Source: the human T2T-CHM13v2.0 reference genome, Homo sapiens. Taken from it: a stretch of DNA of 64,000 nucleotides. Position 1 is the stretch's first letter; the number at the start of each line of letters is the position of its first letter. Made by a program: the position numbers and the translations under genes. The notes below the pieces were generated by a model. The model made no database searches and was not told the origin of the DNA. It saw only the letters and a list, made by a program, of their open reading frames with translations. The DNA lies in the NCBI RefSeq assembly GCF_009914755.1, contig NC_060947.1; one strand, 5' to 3'. Below are positions 13,154 to 27,706 of the stretch, in pieces.

Positions 13154-15079
13154 GTTAATAAATGAATCCAAAATATTTCTCCACAAAATGTTGAAGATTG
13201 TTAAGTCAAAGATACTAAAAATGCAGGGGAACACTCTGCATCAGCCTCTATTAGTCTGATGGCAGGATGTAAATCCTTCATTACTGGAGACAGCACTTTT
13301 TTGTCAGCTCAGAGAAAGCACCAACCAGCAGGTGCCAGAGGAATCTGGAAAACAAATTTTACTATTTTCCCAGATTCCTCTGTTTTTCAAAAGCGAAACT
13401 TGCTCTCTCCGTTGTGTTATCATTATGCTAAGATTTATTGCTCTTTTTAAAAATACTATTTAAGCAAGACCCCTAAGCCACTGCCTTGAGAGAGATTCTT
13501 TTGAACTGAGTTTTTCCCAGATGATGGGTACAGCATGTGTCAATAAACTTGCTGTTTTTTCTCTTGTTAATCTGACTGTTATTTCCATGAGAGTGTCTCA
13601 ACTAAGAATTTATGAGGGTTAAAAAACAACTTAATTTTTCCCTTCAGTCTCATGGCCACGAAGGGATTGAGAGAGACACTCTCCTCACTCCAGGGCCAAT
13701 GGATGGAATTCTGAAACCTGACAAACATTGGCAGAAAAATCAGTGCTCCAGATCTCTATCTGCAGTGCTTGGTAGAAAGGGGAAGGTATTTTTTTTTTCT
13801 TTTCTATTTCTTTTTTCCAAATTCAAATAACAGGAGAAAATCATTTGCATAAAATTGCTTTTAGGTATAGTAACTCTGGTGTTTTTATTTTGGCTTATTG
13901 GTTCAAGTTGCTTTGGAATACATCGATTAGCTATATTTGAAATAAATCAATTTTTTAAAAGAAGCTCTGTTCCCAAGTTCCTGTAAATTCATCACGGTAT
14001 TTACAAAAAGTACTTCAGTCTGACTGAAAAAGGCTTTTTTGTCCAGTGGAGATGTAAATCTTACCATGTCTTTTAAATGTTGACTTCCAGGTAATTAATC
14101 AGCATTCCAGCACAGATCAGATTTAAAACAGGGTTAAAGATCTTTAGATCCACCAGAACGTTTTTTTCCTCAGTGGATACCTTTAGCTCAAAAGAGAAAT
14201 GTTTATGAGAATTAGTTTACATTGCTTGTTTTAAATTATTTGTATGTCTCTTGACTTTCTGTGGAATCTATTTGTAATCTTTTCTATTGGACAGCTTTTG
14301 ATTTACTGTCTTACTGTTTGTCTCTTTTAATTTTCCATCTATGGAACACACAGTGTTGTTGGGGCTTTGTGTGAGAATGGTTAACTGAAACCCTAGAGAA
14401 TATTTCACATTCTTTAAGCTATCATTGGAAATGGTCTGGATCTTGAAAGGGTTGCAGGCCTTGTTCCCTCTTTGAAGACCTTGGTTAAAGCTATAAAGGC
14501 ATTTTTGGTTTTGTTCTCATGTGTGCTTATTTGCCTTGGTTTTGAGTCATTTTTTTCAGGCATACCATTCATTTAAAACCTTGGTTTATGCTTAGAGCAT
14601 GATGAAAACATTGTGTTTTGTTTCTTCATTTTTTTCTCCTAAGCTAAATGGGACCATATACTCAAGAAGGAAAGAAACAATTTGTTAAAACATTTGAGAG
14701 ACAATCAACTCTAATTCAAAGCAGGTAAATATTTTGATTTCCATCTTAGCTAGATATTTATTCCCTGATTTAAAAGAATAAATTGAAGCTAGTATAGTTA
14801 AATGGATGGGTCAGCCCTGGATATTGTTCAGATGGCAGCATGGTTTTTAGGGGAATTGAAAGCAATTGTTTTTTCTTACAAATGGAGTCATTACATAGAC
14901 AAAAATACCCCTCTACAAACATTTTAAAGTCCGTGTATTTATTTCAAAATGTTTGCAAATACTTTTAAAGAAAATCAGGATATTGGAAATGGTACTGTTC
15001 ACTTTTGAAAAAGGCAAAACAGTTAGTGATAACCCTAGACCTTCAATAGGCAAATATTCCCACTCTCACCCCAAAACTG

Positions 15080-15458
15080 TGTTAAGTTTATCCTAAATCT
15101 GTCTTCTTACTTAAGTTTGAACTTAGATTTCTTCATACATAATAAACTGTAACCTAACTGAATAGGTAAACACACTATAGCCTCCTCTTGTACCAATCTC
15201 ATCGTTTCAGCCAATCACAAGTGGCCAACTGTTCAAACAATGTTCAAATTAGGCAAATGTCAAGCTATAACCGCTGTTTCTGTACCTATACTTCCATTTC
15301 CTATATGTCACTTTCCTTTTTCTAGCTATAAGTATTTTCCAGACGTGTGGTAGCCCAGAGTCACTCTGAATCTATTCTTGTTCCAGGGGCTGTTCTAGTC
15401 ACAAATCATTTTATACTCAAACTTTAAGATTAATTTGTCTAAAATTTTTCTTTTAAAA
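15080..15458 (+). mobile_element. MER57-like LTR followed by its PBS and internal sequence
   Basis: TGTTAAGTTTATCCTAAA...AACTGTAACCTAACTG...CAGCCAATCAC...AATTTGTCTAAAATTTTTCTTTTAA, then CATCAGGAGTGGGAT resembling a Leu-type PBS. Confidence 0.8.
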
Positions 15459-15635
15459 GGTAACATCAGGAGTGGGATGCAATGTAGAACTTCCAGTGAA
15501 CCCTAGGAGCATCCAGTGACCAAGTGAGGTTTCTGCTGGGTCCATTGTGTCCATTGCTGTCTTGCAGCAACTGGAGATTGTGAGTAAATTCTCTCAAATT
15601 CTGAAGTTACACAGATTTGTTTTTGAAGTATTTGA

Positions 15636-15945
<310 letters not shown>

Positions 15946-17254
15946 TGAGCAATTTTTTTATACAGTCTGTGTTCAGAAGTCACAATGGAAATGACTAGGT
16001 CCAGGATAAAATTGGATCTGATAATTAACAGGATTAGATACAGCTAGATGCTTTGGATATCTGACAGTGGTAGACAGAAACTTGCAGTAAATGACAATAC
16101 GATAGTGATATAAACTCCAGCTTTTGGAAATTTGCAGAATTTTTTTTTTGTTTTGTCCCTTTTGTTTTGATTCTTGTGAGCTTAGAGGAAAAAAAAAGTT
16201 GATCAAGAGGACTCCCTCTTCCATCTACACCTACATTTGCACTTACAAGTATTAGGCCCTAAAAGCAGCAAATGCTTACAAAAAAAGGCAAAATTATACT
16301 AACGATGATTTTAAATTACAACGAAATGTTCTAAATGAACAATGTTGCACTTTAAAAAAATGCATTTAATAATGAGACCTCCCAAATTAGTTTAACACCA
16401 GGGATGCTTACTGATGTGCAGAAGCTTCTAAAAAAATTTCAATATTTTACTGCCTTTTAAAAAAGACTCTTTATAAAAGGCAAATAAAACACTGAAGCAA
16501 CTAATTGATAAGAAATAATGAATCCATAAGCCTTTGGATTAGTTTACTCTGAAGGTAAAAAGAAAGCTGGATAAGACATTTATAAAAAGTAAGCTCTCGG
16601 GTAACGTAGGCTTGCTTTTATTCTTCAGAGCTATTCATGCTGAATCCACGCATACAGAATGCTTTCTTTGCCATATTAGTTAATGAGTTTCACTTTGAAA
16701 TAAGTAATTTCAACTAAGAAACCAAAGCTAAGTTAAGAAGACTGCCTGTTGAATCATATCAGTCTCCAAAATGTACCTTAAAGGCATTTAGCTGACCATT
16801 TTGAAACCATGTTGTAAAATAAATGTGCACTTATAAAGGAAATATCAATTTGCAAAAGTGTATGCGTCTGCACCAGGAAGAAAGGGAGGACTGAGTCACT
16901 AGAAACTTCTAGCATTAGTTTTAATTTACATGACAAGTCTTACCTTTATTTAGGGTGTTTTTCCTTGCTATCTTGTCTTACCTTATACCATCCTTCCTTG
17001 GTTTGAACAAATGACTGTACACTATATAGGCTTGAAATCTCAGCTCTGTGCTTTGGAGATATTAATTTTTACCTTGCTTTCCCTAAGAATCAGTTCATGA
17101 TAAGAAGTGTAAATTTAAAGCTGGGCAGCAACTGGAGATTGTGAGTAAATCATCTCTCAAATTCTGAAGCTCCACAGATTTGTGTTTGAACTACCTGAGT
17201 TTGATTGTTTTTTGATACAATCTGTGTTCAGAAGTCACAACAGAAATTGGACTG

Positions 17255-17727
<473 letters not shown>

Positions 17728-18973
17728 GCGAAGTGTGAATTTATGGTTGCCTAGCTAACAATTGCTTAGGGCAATAAATACAGGGAATTGGAAAGTTGAT
17801 AGTCTGAACGGGAAAAAAAATTTGAAAATTGGCAAATAAAAAAGCTTAATGACAGCTCTAAGATCTTCTGTCTATATGTCTATGTGCTATGCATATACGG
17901 TATTTCTACGTGATCTAAAACAATATTTGATAAATAGAGTTACGTTAAAGTAACTTAAATAAAGTTTTTTGGTAAAATAAAATAGGAATGTATTCAGAAT
18001 TATCGGTATTAAATAAAATTTGACCTTTTTCCTGGGTCTACTTTTCAAACAGGCTTATATTGTCTATGATACACATTTAAAGTTTATAAAACTACTGCTT
18101 CTGTAATATTTTTTATACTTACTTGATTTGTTTATGAGCTTATGTATTTGGTTTTGAAACTTTAGATTCTGAGGCCTAGATAGGGGACCATGGTAAGGCC
18201 TGGGGACGTATGTGTGCCTACAGTACCTGTGCTATCAGCTGCAGTGCAGAGCCAAGCCCCAAAAGGCCCCATTCTCCCTGGCCCAGCTCTATCTCCTGGC
18301 CATACTGGGAGGATCAAATCCTCCAGTCATCCTTTTCACAATTCTTTCTACTGTCCTGAGCTTTACACCTGATGTGTAAACTTAGGGCCCAAATGTATCC
18401 TGCCCTTCACTGCTGTCCTTGGGTAGCAGGTGGGAACTTTGGACCCAAGATGACTGGAGAAGACATTAGGAAGTCTGCTATTGTCATAGCTTCAAAATTC
18501 TTTTTTGTAATTTAAATTCTGAAAGTCATGCTGTGTTAATTAAAGTAATAATAATAAAATCTCTAAGTCATTTCTAAGTAAGTTAAAATACTAAAAGAAT
18601 TAATATTAGTTTAAGTGTATATACTTCAGTACCTTATTTTTGTATGGTGTAGGAAAATAAATATATATTTAGATCTATTAATAAACAAAAAATTGAGAAA
18701 GTATATCTTTCTGAAAAAGTATAAAATGGTTTTCATCTACAAATATTTATTTAAAAAAGTTCAAAGTTACTTACCTCCCATATGTTTTTACTGGGAATTA
18801 GGGTTACTAAGAGTTAAAACAGTATTTAATATATGTAAGTGAAACTACTGGATATAAAAGAAAGAATTCTGTATACAGAATGTATTAAAAAAGTAAGATA
18901 TGTTCTTGATGAGTAAAGTTGCAAAGGCATGAAGATGTGTATTTGTCAAGAAAAATAATCTTGTTTAGTTTAG

Positions 18974-19476
18974 TAAATCATGCTGCTATAAAGACACATG
19001 CACACGTATGTTTATTGCTGCACTGTTCACAATAGCAAAGACTTGGAACCAACCCAAATGTCCAACAATGATGGACTGGATTAAGAAAATGTGGCACATA
19101 TACACTATGGGATACTATGCAGCCATAAAAAATGATGAGTTCATGTCCTTTGTAGGGACATGGATGAAGCTGGAAACCATTATTCTCAGCACACTATCAC
19201 AAGGCCAAAAAACCAAACACCGCATGTTCTCACTCATAGGTGGGAATTGAACAATGAGAACACTTGGACACAGGAAGGGGAACATCACACACCGGGGACT
19301 GTTGTGGGGTGGGGGGAGGGGGGAGGGATAGCATTAGGAGATATACCTAATGCTAAATGACGAGTTAATGGGTGCAGCACACCAACATGGCACATGTATA
19401 CATATGTAACAAACCTGCACGTTGTGCACATGTACCCTAAAACTTAAAGTATAATAATAAAATTAAAAAAAAAAAG
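18974..19476 (+). mobile_element. Young L1PA 3' fragment (5'-truncated)
   Basis: Near-consensus ORF2 C-terminus (MFIAALFTIAKTWNQPKCP...MFSLIGGN), G-rich 3' UTR and A-tail. Confidence 0.95.
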
Positions 19477-20403
19477 AAGTAATTTAAAGATTGTTTCAAA
19501 ATGAAGAAAAGATTATGTAGCTAAAGCTAAATGGATACAAAAAGTTGGGGAAAGAAAAATGAATAGAAAATATTTTATAAGAGGTTATAAAAGGTTTATG
19601 AATATATTTTGTGGTCAAAAGGTAACAGATGTAATAGATTTGTTTATAAGGTTTTATTAAAATTAGCTTTAATATTGATAACACACTAATAAAGAAGTAA
19701 AATTTAGTTTTTCCATTTGAACAAGGATTTCATGTAATAATAATAAGAGATAGTAATTTTTTTTTATGTTTAAACTATAAGAAAAAAAGGGGAGAGGAGA
19801 AATTCTCTCTTATGTTGCCTTTATTAGATCTTTTATTGTTTGAAAAACTGAGTCTCCTCTCTATGAAAGAGTAAAGCTTTTGCTTTTAAAATCCTTTCAA
19901 TTATTACTTTGGCAAAATAAATGGTTATTATTATTATTATCATATTTTAACTAAGTGTTTTAAACCTTTGTTGTATTTGACAAGCATTCAGAAATCAAAT
20001 GTCAAAATGAAAAATAACTATTTTTGACCACAGGCTAACTTTGGGAGATTATGTAGGGCCCCTGAGGCATCAGAAGAGAGTGAACAAATAGGCCTACGTA
20101 TATGTTAGTACATACACATACTAATGTATATACATACATATACTAATGGAAAATATATTCTTCCAAGAAATTATGAAATTATTTTAATCTACAAATACTT
20201 ATATAAGACAGTTCAAAATTACTTACTTTCTAGGTTTTTTAAAAATAGGCATACACACACACACCGTGAGTGGGGCACTTTGTTCTCTTTGTAAAAGCAA
20301 TTCAGTCAACTGAATTCCTTTCTTCTTAAATCCCTGCTAACTATATGTGCTCCGTCTGCTTCTCTTCTTGTTGGCATATTTTTTTGCCGAGAACTATGTA
20401 AAA

Positions 20404-20585
20404 CTCAGAAGGGGGAGAATGGGACGGGGTGTGGAATAAAAAAGTATATATTGGGTAGAGCACATTATACAGTGATGAATTCTGAGATCTATGACAGATG
20501 CACTAAAATCTCAGAATTCACCACTATATAATTCATCCATGTAACCAAAAATGACTTGTACCCCAAAGCTATTGAATTTTTTAAA
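20404..20585 (+). mobile_element. Short L1 (L1PB/L1PA16-like) 3' end
   Basis: GCACTAAAATCTCAGAATTCACCACTATATAATTCATCCATGTAACCAAAA...CCCCAAAGCTATTGAA. Confidence 0.7.
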
Positions 20586-21459
20586 ATCCTAAAAGAAAAC
20601 CTTGTTAGCCTTTGAGAAATCTAATACCTCTTCAAACTGGCTCCTCTAAGATTTGTTCCTCCATTCACTTTTGTCTATTTTTCCTTTTGTAACATTTGAT
20701 AACACATGAAGAACCTGGAAGAGACTCCTAATGACCCTGGGGCCTCTTAAAGAACAAAAATTGGCACCAGTGAGCCCCTTTTATTGGATACCCCTATTTT
20801 CTTTATGAAGTCCCACAAGTTGTGATTAGACAAGTCCCTTTCAAATCTAAAGTTCTATTCTCTTTAACATTAATAAATATCCTTGATCTTTTGGGCTTTT
20901 ACATATGTGTGCTATATGTTGTGTTTACCTGTATGTATATGTCTATACATGTGTTTGTATGTTTTTACATGGTACAAATTAAGTTACACATACACTATAT
21001 TTCATAGTTTAAATAAATAATCCCAAATATTTTTCAAGTTCACATAACTTGAGTAAATCATTTGGTAAGTAAGACTAGTCTAATTTTGTTGGTTCGATAG
21101 ACAGTTATGTTTTCTGTGTTACCAGCAAAATATACATGTATATAACTTTAATAAAAAATTTAACTTCAGATGATGACTAGATTTGTCTAATATTTTATGC
21201 AATTTTTAAAACCTAATGGTAAGTAATAAATAAATGTAAATGGGATTAAAGAGTACACATAAACTTTTTAATAATAATTATGTTTACAATATACTTACTT
21301 AGATTTTTCAAATATTTTTAGTAACTACACCTTAGAGTTTTTCCTAAGCTAAACTAAATGATAGGTATTCATTGAATATCTAGTGGTCTAGATATTCCAA
21401 ATAAGAAATAATGCTAAAACATTAAGTACTAAATATGAGTTTAAGTTTATATGTGTTTG

Positions 21460-22243
21460 TATATGCTAATTGCAGCACTGTTTACAATAGCAAAGACATG
21501 GAATCAAGCCAATGCCCATGAACAATAGACTGGATAAAGAAAACCTGATACATATACACCATGAAATACTGTGCAGCCATAAAAATAAATGAGATCATGT
21601 CCTTTAAAGGGTCATGGATGGAGCTGGAAGCCATTATCCTCAGCAAACTAACACAGGAACAGAAAACCAAACACCACATTTTCTCACTTATACATGGGAG
21701 CTGAATGATGATAACACATGGATTCATGGAAAACAACACACACTGGGGGCTGTTGGGGTGGGCGGGTATAGGGGGAGGGAGAGCATCAGGAAGAATAGCT
21801 AATAAATTCTGGGCTTGGCCGGGCGCGGTGGCTCACTCCTGTAATTTCAGCACTTTGGGAGGCTGAGGCGGGCAGTTCACGAGGTCAGGAGATCGAGACC
21901 ATCCTGGCTAACATGGTGAAGCCCCATCTCTACTAAAAATACAAAAAAAAAAGCCAGTCATGGTGGCGGGCACCTGTAGTCCCAGCTACTCAGGAGGCTG
22001 AGGTAGGAGAATGGTTGAACCCGGGAGGCAGAGCTTGCAGTGAGCTGAGATTGTCCCACTGCACTCCAGCCTGGGCGACAGAGCGAGACTCTGTCTCAAA
22101 AAAAAAAAAAAAAATTCTGGGCTTAATACCTAGGTGATGGGTTGATCTGTGCAGCAAACCACAATGGCACACATTTACCTGTGGAAGAAACCTGCACGTC
22201 CTGCACATGTACACAGAACTTAAAATAAAAGTTGAAGAAAAGA
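21460..22243 (+). mobile_element. L1PA (intermediate age) 3' fragment interrupted by an Alu
   Basis: ORF2 end and 3' UTR; degenerate TSD AAGTTTATATGTGTTTG (about 21443) / AAGTTTGTATGCATTTG (about 22244). Confidence 0.88.
21817..22113 (+). mobile_element. AluY-like
   Basis: GAGATCGAGACCATCCTGGCTAAC and GAGCTTGCAG; TSD AAATTCTGGGCTT on both sides. Confidence 0.92.
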
Positions 22244-22486
22244 AAGTTTGTATGCATTTGGCTTCTTATTTCAGAAAAAAAACAAAAGATATTTGAGTTT
22301 GTTAGCAAATGTGGCCTGTTCCACATTAAAAATTCATCTATAAATTGCCTATGTTTTTACAAACTCTGAGATATGTATTCATGAAATGGTACATAACAAA
22401 ATTGCTTACTTCTTAGGTTTTTCACTGACAATAAGGGCTACTAAGATTTGAAATTATCGTCAACCGATATAATTAAAACTAATAGC

Positions 22487-23039
22487 TGATATTCGAGGGG
22501 TTCTCTAGAGGGACAGAACTAATAGGATATATGTATGTATGAAAGGCCATTTATTAAGGAGATTTGACTCACATGATCACAAGGTAAAGTCTCGTGATAG
22601 GTTGTCTGTAAGTTGAGCAAGGAAGCCAGTAGTTGATCAGTCCAATTCCTAAAACCTTGAAAGTAGGGAAGCTGACAGTGCAGCCTTCAATCAGTGGCCA
22701 AAGGCCCAAGAGCCTCTGGCAAACCACTGGTGTAAGTCCAAGAGTCTACAAGCTGAAGAACTTTGAGTCTAATGTTCTCGGGCAGGAAGCATCCAGCACG
22801 GGAGAAAGATGAAGGCTGGAAGACTCAGCAAACCTGCTCTTCCATCTTCTGCCTGCTTTATTCTAGCCACGCTGATAGCTGATTAGATGTTGCCCATCCA
22901 GTTGGAGGATGGGTCTGCCTCTCCCAGTCAACTGACTCAAATGTTAATTTCCTTTGGCAACACCTACACAGACACACGCAAGAACAATACTTTGCATCCT
23001 TCAATCCCATCAAGTTGACACTCAATGTTAACTATCACA
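22487..23039 (-). mobile_element. MLT2-type (ERVL) solo LTR
   Basis: GGTTCTCTAGAGGGACAGAACTAATAGG ... CATCAAGTTGACACTCAATGTTAACTATCACA. Confidence 0.88.
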
Positions 23040-24034
23040 CTATCTGTAACAAAAATGATTCTTTATGCATAATGTATAAGAAAAATAAGATAAGATATGA
23101 GGATGTGGCTTTTGTTGAAAGAGAAGTAATTTTGTCTACTTTGGATGTTACTTAAAATTGTTTCATAATAAAATAATTTTGTAATGTTAAAATTGAATAG
23201 ATAAAAAGTTATAAAGTGGTTTTAAAAGGTAAATCTGATTTTAAAAATTATGCGTGATCAAACTGAGTAAATAAATTTACTATAAGAGTTTTTAAAAATG
23301 AGCCTTAACATCACCAGCACAACTAAAATTTAAACAAGATTTTTATGTGATATTGATGAGGTAGTAAAATATTTTTTCTCCACTTACTGAGTAAACAGCA
23401 AAAATTTTAAAAAGAGGGGAAAGAGAAATAAATTGTGTGCCTCATGCTATCTTTTATAGGTCTTTTGATTTTTTGGAAAACTGAGTCTCCTATCAAAGAG
23501 TACAGGATTTGCTTTTTGAAATTTTTTCATTATTATCTTGGCTAAATTAATTACAATTATTGTTTTATAGTGACCTGTAATCCTGTTTTGATTGAGTTTT
23601 TAAATATTTGACATATTTGGCAGGCTTTCCAAAATCAAATTTTAAATTCTACGATTGAGTCATTTTGACCTTAAACTAACTTTGGGATGCTTCAGAGGGC
23701 CCCTTATAACATCTAAAAAAAAAGAGATAATAAGTAAACTTATTGGATACAATAAATTATATGGGAAGCATTGTCAAATAAGAAATGATGTTTAACCTTC
23801 TTTGAGTTATATTTGTGTAGATATGTTATTATGCGTTTCTGATATGTCATGATATATGTTATCAGTCATATTTTGAGCCATTATTTTAGATTGTTTTAGT
23901 CCACACAAAATAACCTAATTTCCTTATCAATTGTGTTTTTAACCATAGTAATTTAAATCTTGTTTTCTACACTTAATTGCTTTATTTTGATGCTATTTTT
24001 TCTGAAAACTCTGGAAATCCTTCAGTGTAATGTC

Positions 24035-24341
24035 TTTTTCTTTTTTTTTCTAGAAAGGATTTTGCTCTGTTGCCTAGGCTTGAGTGCAGTATTTTAATCA
24101 TACCTTACTGTAGCCTCAGCCTCTTAGATTCAAGGGTCCTCCTGCCTCAGCCTTATGAGCAGCTAGGACTACAGGTGTGTGCCACCACACCTCGCTATTT
24201 TACTTATATTTATTTATTTATTTTTGAAACAGAGTTACACTATTTTGCCTAAGCTGGTCTCAAACTCCTGGCCTCAAGTGATCCTACGGCCTCAGCCTCC
24301 CAAAATTTTGAGATTACAGGTGTGAGCCACCATGCCTGACC
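24035..24341 (-). mobile_element. AluJ-like (diverged)
   Basis: Diverged antisense dimer with CTCAAACTCCTGGCCTCAAGTGATCCT. Confidence 0.87.
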
Positions 24342-26433
24342 TTTGTGTTACGTCTTTAAGAACATTTTTGGAAATGATGAGAGAACTGTGACAAATACAG
24401 GTTTCTGAAAACATTGAGATTGTGTCATTGGACTGGGTAAAAGTTTCCAAAACTCTAATTTAAAAAAAAATTGGCCTCATAAAATTACTAACCTAACAGC
24501 AATTAAAAAAAATACATTAATTACATGGAACCCAACTGATGAAGGACTGAAGTATTTTTATAACTTTTCATTTGAAATATTGCTGATTCTTTTTAGCTTT
24601 TGTTTCCAAGAGTTAAGAAGACTTTCTTTTTTTCTCTTAAACTATCTATACCTCTTTAGTAATATTATAAATTATACATTTGTAAGCAAAAATAGGACAT
24701 TTATTTACCTTTCTCTCTGCCTAATCTTTGCAGAATTCTAAAATTACTTGTGAGTATTCTTGTTTTTATGGGCAACATAATTATTTACATAAGTTCAATA
24801 AAAATCTGCTCCTATTGTAGCAAGACAATTGGAAACACAGGTGATATTGTCAAAGCTCTGACTGGGATTTCACATTTGGCGATCTGACTAGATTGCCTTA
24901 AAGAGCCAATGATAACTTTCAGGAGCCAATAAAATACTTGGGAAAACTGACTTGGTACCTTGTCTACATGGTTCTCTTACAGGGTTTGTAGCCTTGTGGT
25001 AAGTACAGAATATCGCTTTCTGACAGACCCATGAACATCATAATATTTGAGGGACTTTAAGAAGAATTCACCCAGGTAATACAGATAAAATCTGATGGTG
25101 AGTCTGTGGCTTGGTGTCCTAGCCTAAAGAGGCCTTTAAAAGTCTAATCTGAAATTCTTTACAAGAAGTTCCAGCAAAGCCAACTTAAAAAGAGTGTATA
25201 CAGTCAATCACTCTTATTTCTGACTTTTATGCAAACAATTAGGCCAAATATGAGACTAAAACATACTTTGTAAATAAATCAGACTTACTGTGATTACCTT
25301 TGGTAGAAATGAGGAACTGGAGAGAGAAAAAGTATGTTTCAGAAAAATAGCTGCAGAGTACCTGTTATTAGATTCTAGCCTTCCTTATTTCTTTTTAAGA
25401 CTTTTTTTAAACCTGCACAGAATCCTGAATTTTTAGATTCCTCCAGTATCTTTCTATGACTCTCTAGATTAATATTTTCAATTGTTCTTCCACCCCTTTG
25501 ACTTGAAATCACTAGAAATTAAAACTGCACTTTCCCTGAAACCCTAAAGCTAGACAATTTGATATAAATTTTGGAGAAATCACCACAACAATTTATGGAA
25601 AGAAAGTTCATTGGAACACTTTATTCAAACTACAATCCAGGAAAATCTCTCAGAGTACCACTGTCTACCCACTACAATTGAAAATAGTCTGAGCTCAAAT
25701 CTAAAATATTCTCAAATGACTGTCCTCCAGCCTCAGACTAGTTTGTAGACTGCTCCATGCATTAACTTTTTTCTATGGTTTCCAAAGAAATGCCTCATAA
25801 AATATCTATTTGCCGACACCATGTAGATACTAAACTTTGCTGAAAACCCACCTAAAATACCACCTCTTTTCATGAGAAGCCACTGTTCAACTAAATTGAC
25901 TATTCTCAGGACTAAGAGACTGATGCAGTAAGATACGGAACAGTTTGCTTAAATTTGTTTATGTCCACTTGTTCCAACCTATGTTTTTCTTCCCTTTGCC
26001 AAGTTGCTTATCTTAAAATCTGTAACCCAAATCTATCCAAAGCTAACAACTTGACTTGTAATATGTCAAACTTTCTGAAAGTAAATTTTCAAAGAGGAGA
26101 GTTAAATAAATTAAAATGTTTCTTTCCAAAATATTGGGGACAGATTTTACTTTCTCACATTTTCCTGCCTTTTAAAGGACTGGAATTGCTCTCTTCCTTG
26201 TTTTGTAATGATAGTAAAATGTGTTGCTCTTTGTTAAAATACAATTGAAGCAATCCCTGTAAGCCACCGCCTTAAAACAGATACTTTTGATTTGAGGCCT
26301 ATCCCACATAATGGGTACAGCACATGTCAATAAACATCTGCTTTGTTTTTCTTTTTAATCTGAATTGTTCCTATGAGAGTGTCTCAGCTAAAACTTTTTG
26401 AAAGTTGAAAGAATTTATATTTTATCCCCTTCA

Positions 26434-26935
26434 GTGAGTATCCTATATTATCCAGGTGGACCTAATATAATCACAAGGGTTTTCAAAAGTGTAAGAAGGA
26501 AAAATATAGTGAAAATACTAATACTAATGCATACACTTTAAAATGATAAATTTTATTCTACTTATATGTGAAATTTTTAAACACTAAAAAATATGCAAAA
26601 GATATAGGTAATAGGGTCAAAGTCAGAAAAGGCAATGTTACAATGGACAGAGTAATACAATGTGAAGCCTCAACTTTCACTTGCTGGCTTTGAAGATGGA
26701 GAAAGGGGCCATGAGCCAAGGAGTGTGGGAAGCCTTTAGTAGCTAGACAAAGCAAGGAAATGTTTTCCTTCTGAAGCCTCCAGAAAAGAATGCAACTCTG
26801 CCAACTCTTTGATTTTAGCCCAGGGACACTCATTTTGAACATCTGACACCCAAAACACTAAGATAATAAACTAATTTTGTTTTAAATCACTGAGTTTGTG
26901 GCAATTTGTTAGAACAGCAATCTAAAACTAATACA
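26434..26935 (+). mobile_element. MLT1D/E-like LTR, 3' part
   Basis: TATCCTATATTATCCAGGTGGACCTAATATAATCACAAGGG...GCTGGCTTTGAAGATGGA...AAACTAATACA. Confidence 0.82.
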
Positions 26936-27106
26936 ATGTGTAAGCAAACTTCTTAGTGAAGCACATTGCCTTTCAATAGAAAAAAAAAGGAAACAATTAA
27001 TTGCTCTAAAACATTAAAAAAATCAAAACATTACTGTTTATATTTTGGTTCAGAGATGGAAATTCTGTCCAAATGATATTTTGACTCAAATGAAGATCTC
27101 GAAGAT

Positions 27107-27312
27107 ATTTTCTCCCCTTTGCCAAGTTGCTTATCTTAAAATCCGTAACCCAAATTTATCCAAAGCTAACAACTTGACTTTTAATATGTAAAACTTTCTG
27201 AAAATAAATTTTCAAAGAGGAGAGTTAAATAAATTAAAATGTTTCTTTCCAAAATATTGAGAATTGTTAAGCTAAAGACACTTAATATGGAGGGAAACAT
27301 TCTGCCTCAGCT
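27107..27312 (+). repeat. Ectopic direct duplicate of the provirus PPT/3' LTR junction (partner 25984-26136)
   Basis: About 150 bp with roughly 6 mismatches to 25984-26136, then about 50 bp of LTR sequence absent from the 3' LTR. Confidence 0.9.
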
Positions 27313-27330
27313 GTTTTCAAAGTAGACTGA

Positions 27331-27706
27331 TGATACAGTTAGGCATTATTTTCCCATTCATAACTCATCTTGAATTATAATCCCCATAATTCCCATGTGT
27401 CAAAGGGAGAGACCAGGTGGAGGTAGTTGGATCATGGAGGCACTTTTCCCCTTGCTGTTCTCAGGCTAGTGAGTGAGTTCTCACGAGATCTGACGGTTGT
27501 ATAAGGCACTCTCCCCCCTTCGCTCCTCACTCTTCTCCTTCCTGCCACCTTGTTAAGAAAGTGCCTTGCCTCCCCGTCCGCCATGATTGTAAGTTTCCTG
27601 ACGCCTCCCCAGCCATGCTGAACTGTGAGTCAGTTAAACCGCTTTCCTTTATAAGTTTCCCAGTCTTGGGGAGCTCTTTATAGCAGTATTAAAACAAACG
27701 AATACA
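27331..27706 (+). mobile_element. THE1D-like solo LTR
   Basis: CTCATCTTGAATTATAATCCCCATAATTCCC...GGGAGAGACCAGGTGGAGG...AATACA; near-TSD ACTGA/CCTGA. Confidence 0.87.
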
